Source of the DNA: Opitutus sp. GAS368
GTDB lineage: Bacteria > Verrucomicrobiota > Verrucomicrobiia > Opitutales > Opitutaceae
Direction of reading: 5' to 3'
Assembly (NCBI GenBank): GCA_945861645.1
Contig: CAMAVZ010000009.1
Coordinates: 1-62,532, forward strand
DNA length: 62,532 bases
Shown here: positions 59,787 to 62,532 of the stretch, piece by piece
Layout of the letters: every line of letters starts with the position of its first letter
How positions within the stretch are numbered: the first letter of the stretch is position 1
The notes under the pieces: model-generated
The model's database searches: none
Seen by the model: only the letters and a program-made list of their open reading frames with translations
What the model was told of the DNA's origin: nothing
Position numbers and translations under genes: made by a program

Positions 59787-61211
59787 TTAACCTCGGGTCG
59801 ACCCTTGCAGTACGTGATAATTGGCCATCGAAATACCGCTGAGCATGGCTCCAACAATGCCTAAAAAACCTTGATCAGTACCGCACAAGTAAAGATTCGA
59901 CAAGTGAGTCCGGCCGTCACGAATTTTTCGGGGTGAGCCGTAGATGGCGCCGTTGAGGTGACCGGTGAACTTTTTAATTGTGCGAGGAGTAAACATATCG
60001 GTGGCGAGTTGCGCTGCGGCCAGCAGCTCCGGCGCCACGACTGGCAAGAACCGCTGGGCGCTGCGGACTACCTCAGGAAACCAGCGCTGCTTGTCTGCTT
60101 GATAAATCTCCTCTGGCAATTGCGCCCAACGAGCATAATTCGCCAGACAGGTTACGCGAAAAATTCCCTCCGACAAATTACGCCCAGCGTAATCGAAATT
60201 ATTGGGAAAACAAATAACCCCACTGCGTAGATCAACCTGCTCGCGCGCATGAACGTACTCGAAACGCTCCGCGTCATTGAAAAATATAATGGTATCATCG
60301 CCCCACCCCCACTCCGCGGGTTGACGCCGAAACACACTGATCGTTTCGACGAATGATAAATTTCCGGTATTTGCTTCGGCTGCTCGCGTCTGCGGTGGCA
60401 CGCAGAGGTTCATCGTCTCCGCAAAACCAACCGAGGAGATCACTTGGTGCGCAGTAATTTCTTCGCCATTATCCAGGACGAGCTGAGCCGCCCGCCCCTG
60501 TACTTCTTTAATCTGAGCCACCCCGCATTGCATGCGACGTTCCCCGCCTGCCTGCCGGAATTTATCGAGTAACACTCGTAAAATAACGCGCACCCCGTCT
60601 AACGGTCGCGCGAAACCTTCGAGATAGAGCGCCTTGAACATAATGACGAATTGGCCGAAATCCATGTCGCGCTCTTCGGCGCTCCCATAATACATCACCG
60701 GGCAGAAAATCATGTCAGTGAGCAGCGGATCCGTAAGATGGCGGCTGACTACCTCGCGAGCCGACCGCGGTTGGGCGTCAAGCGCGACATCATCATACGT
60801 TCGCACCAACTGAACCAAGGCACGCCAACCGGCGGCTTGGGCTGGGAATTTTTCAACCACTTCGGCGTCTAAGACAGCGAATTCATTCGTGAATTTCAGC
60901 GCACAGTCACGAAAAGCGATGCGGGATTGTTTTTGCGGACAGAGCGCAAACTCATCGCGGTCAATGCGCAGTTGCCGCAGCAATTTACTTAATGGGGTCC
61001 CTTTCACCCCTGGCGATACGTAGTTAGTCAGCGCATGCAGACCGACGTCATACTTGCGGCCCGCAAAACTATAAAAACTATTCAGCCCGCCAGCGGCATT
61101 GTGCCGCTCAAAGATACAGACTTTTTTGCCAAAGTGGGCCAAACGAATGCCCGCCGCCAAGCCGGACATCCCGGCGCCAATAATGGCCACATCATAATGA
61201 GAATCTTTCAC
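59787..61211 (-). CDS. Phytoene dehydrogenase-family FAD oxidoreductase (second paralog)
   Basis: YDVAIIGAGMSGL, FERHNAAGGLN, YDVGLH, FTPRT..FTGHLNGAIYG, NLYLCGTDQGFLGIVGAMLSG. Confidence 0.88.
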   Translation of the reverse strand: MKDSHYDVAIIGAGMSGLAAGIRLAHFGKKVCIFERHNAAGGLNSFYSFAGRKYDVGLHALTNYVSPGVKGTPLSKLLRQLRIDRDEFALCPQKQSRIAFRDCALKFTNEFAVLDAEVVEKFPAQAAGWRALVQLVRTYDDVALDAQPRSAREVVSRHLTDPLLTDMIFCPVMYYGSAEERDMDFGQFVIMFKALYLEGFARPLDGVRVILRVLLDKFRQAGGERRMQCGVAQIKEVQGRAAQLVLDNGEEITAHQVISSVGFAETMNLCVPPQTRAAEANTGNLSFVETISVFRRQPAEWGWGDDTIIFFNDAERFEYVHAREQVDLRSGVICFPNNFDYAGRNLSEGIFRVTCLANYARWAQLPEEIYQADKQRWFPEVVRSAQRFLPVVAPELLAAAQLATDMFTPRTIKKFTGHLNGAIYGSPRKIRDGRTHLSNLYLCGTDQGFLGIVGAMLSGISMANYHVLQGSTRG

Positions 61212-61257
61212 TTCAGGTGGGGCGGCGATTCATTCGGATGTGCCGTGACTCGCGGCT

Positions 61258-61303
61258 AAATAAAAAATCGGGTCGGCTCGCCCCAAGAACGGCCCTACCC
61301 GAT
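61258..61303 (-). terminator. Terminator-like hairpin downstream of the ACP gene
   Basis: Minus strand ATCGGGT...ACCCGAT stem followed by TTTTTATTT. Confidence 0.5.
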
Positions 61304-61328
61304 GGCTGGTTCAAGACGCTGAATCGAC

Positions 61329-61583
61329 TCAAGCCTTCGTTGGAAATTTCGGCGTCAAGTATTCGGCGCAGCTCTCCAATGAGGCCAAATGACTGTAATC
61401 GGCTTCTGGCACTTCGATGCCATGGCGCTTGCGGAGTTCCATCACAATATCGAGAAAATCCATGGAATCGAGCTGCAGTTGATCGCGCAGGCGAATCTCA
61501 GGTTTGATGGCACTGAGATCTTCGTCCGGTGCGATGTCGGCGATGATGTCGATCACTAGCTTCTGGCAGTCTTCTTTCGTCAT
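61329..61583 (-). CDS. Acyl carrier protein
   Basis: 84 aa, acidic, LQLDSMDFLDIV phosphopantetheine motif. Confidence 0.93.
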   Translation of the reverse strand: MTKEDCQKLVIDIIADIAPDEDLSAIKPEIRLRDQLQLDSMDFLDIVMELRKRHGIEVPEADYSHLASLESCAEYLTPKFPTKA

Positions 61584-61596
61584 GGGTAGAGGCGGA

Positions 61597-62532
61597 TTAA
61601 GCGACGAAGCGTTTGATAATCAACGTTGAATTAATGCCCAGCATGCCGAAAGAATTATTAAGAATGACATCCACCCGCGTCGCTTTTTTTGGCTGATTAA
61701 TAACTAAACCGGGTATATTACACAGATAATCAAGGTTATCCACGTTTATTGTTGGGTGGATAATCAGATCATCAAAACTCGGTAAATTACCGGCCAATTC
61801 CAACGCCCCGGCGGCCCCCATCGTGTGGCCGATAAATCCCTTGGTGTTGTTGATATGCGGCGGACTGCTGCGGCCTTTAAAAACCTCGGCGATGGCAACG
61901 CACTCCTGGATATCGCCCTGCGGGGTTGAGGTAGCGTGCGTATTTATCAAATCGATGTCCTCAATGGTCATGCCCGCATTGGCAATCGCCTTACGGACAC
62001 ATTCAGCCTGACGCTCGGGATTGGGGAGAACGTAATCGGTGGCGTCGGAGTTAACATGATAACCGGCAATTTCGCCGTAAATTTTGGCGCCGCGAGCTTG
62101 GGCATCCTCGAGTCGCTCGATGGTATAAATGCAGCCGCCCTCAGATATCACGATGCCGTTGCGGGCTTCGTCAAAGGGACGACTGGCTTTCTTGGGGTCC
62201 TCATGGGCAGCCAAGGCATTTTGACTTTTGAAGCCCGCGAAAATGCCGAAGGTTTGCGGGCTTTCGCTGACTCCTCCGGCCAACGCAAAATCCACTTCCC
62301 CCAAACGCAGCATTTGGGCGGCGTGAATCAGCCCCATATTGCCGGCCGCGCAGGCCGCCCCGATGGTGTAAGCTGGTCCGGTAATGCCTAAATTCAGAGA
62401 GACTTCACCCGCGGCATTATTCGCCACGGTGCGAGGGTTATGATGATGCGACCAGAACTTCGTGTCGTATTTAAATTGTGAAATATTATAGACTTCATTC
62501 TCGGTCTCCACGTTACCGTGCTCAGTGACGCC
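61597..62532 (-). CDS. FabF-like beta-ketoacyl-ACP synthase (5'-truncated by window)
   Basis: Frame is open to the window end (GVTEHGNVETENE). AACAAG (Cys), HATST (His), GHTMGAAG (His), NSFGMLGIN. Confidence 0.92.
   Translation of the reverse strand, partial: GVTEHGNVETENEVYNISQFKYDTKFWSHHHNPRTVANNAAGEVSLNLGITGPAYTIGAACAAGNMGLIHAAQMLRLGEVDFALAGGVSESPQTFGIFAGFKSQNALAAHEDPKKASRPFDEARNGIVISEGGCIYTIERLEDAQARGAKIYGEIAGYHVNSDATDYVLPNPERQAECVRKAIANAGMTIEDIDLINTHATSTPQGDIQECVAIAEVFKGRSSPPHINNTKGFIGHTMGAAGALELAGNLPSFDDLIIHPTINVDNLDYLCNIPGLVINQPKKATRVDVILNNSFGMLGINSTLIIKRFVA

Noticed and set aside
58281-61211. Carotenoid biosynthesis cluster
   Set aside because: No crtB, crtE or crtY; the context is ACP/Fab/Ole genes.
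61736-61763. Inverted DnaA-box-like pair TTATCCAC...GTGGATAA
   Set aside because: Lies within the KS coding sequence (IIHPTINVDN); imperfect 9-mers and no oriC context.

Overview
Gene-dense bacterial chromosomal segment, probably from a Verrucomicrobiota (Opitutaceae-like) genome; this is inferred from protein style and gene content and was not database-verified. Most of it is housekeeping: menD (5'-truncated), menB, kup, fba, topB, lpxK, rsmI, pgi, scpB, rplU-rpmA, uvrA-dinB, apaG, purH, pal, tRNA-Lys(TTT), an ECF sigma/anti-sigma pair, dapA-dapB-ruvA, pilT/U-like, fabD, lepA and lepB. Two accessory lipid modules stand out. (1) At the right end, a minus-strand cluster FabF-like KS (partial), ACP, two phytoene-dehydrogenase-family flavoproteins, FabZ-like, FabI-like, OleA and OleB: a candidate dissociated (type II) route to polyunsaturated acyl chains feeding head-to-head olefin synthesis. 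It ends abruptly in AT-rich DNA without oleC/oleD. (2) A DUF1302-DUF1329-YCF48-RND(MMPL) operon, a candidate trans-envelope transport system for hydrophobic compounds. Hand translation of the two long 'intergenic' gaps revealed two probable pseudogenes missed by the ORF track: a small membrane protein at 22056-22347 and a ParB-like (ParBc_2) C-terminal fragment at 37453-37761. No CRISPR array, rRNA, integrase or transposase was seen. Several start codons were moved to more plausible internal Met residues.
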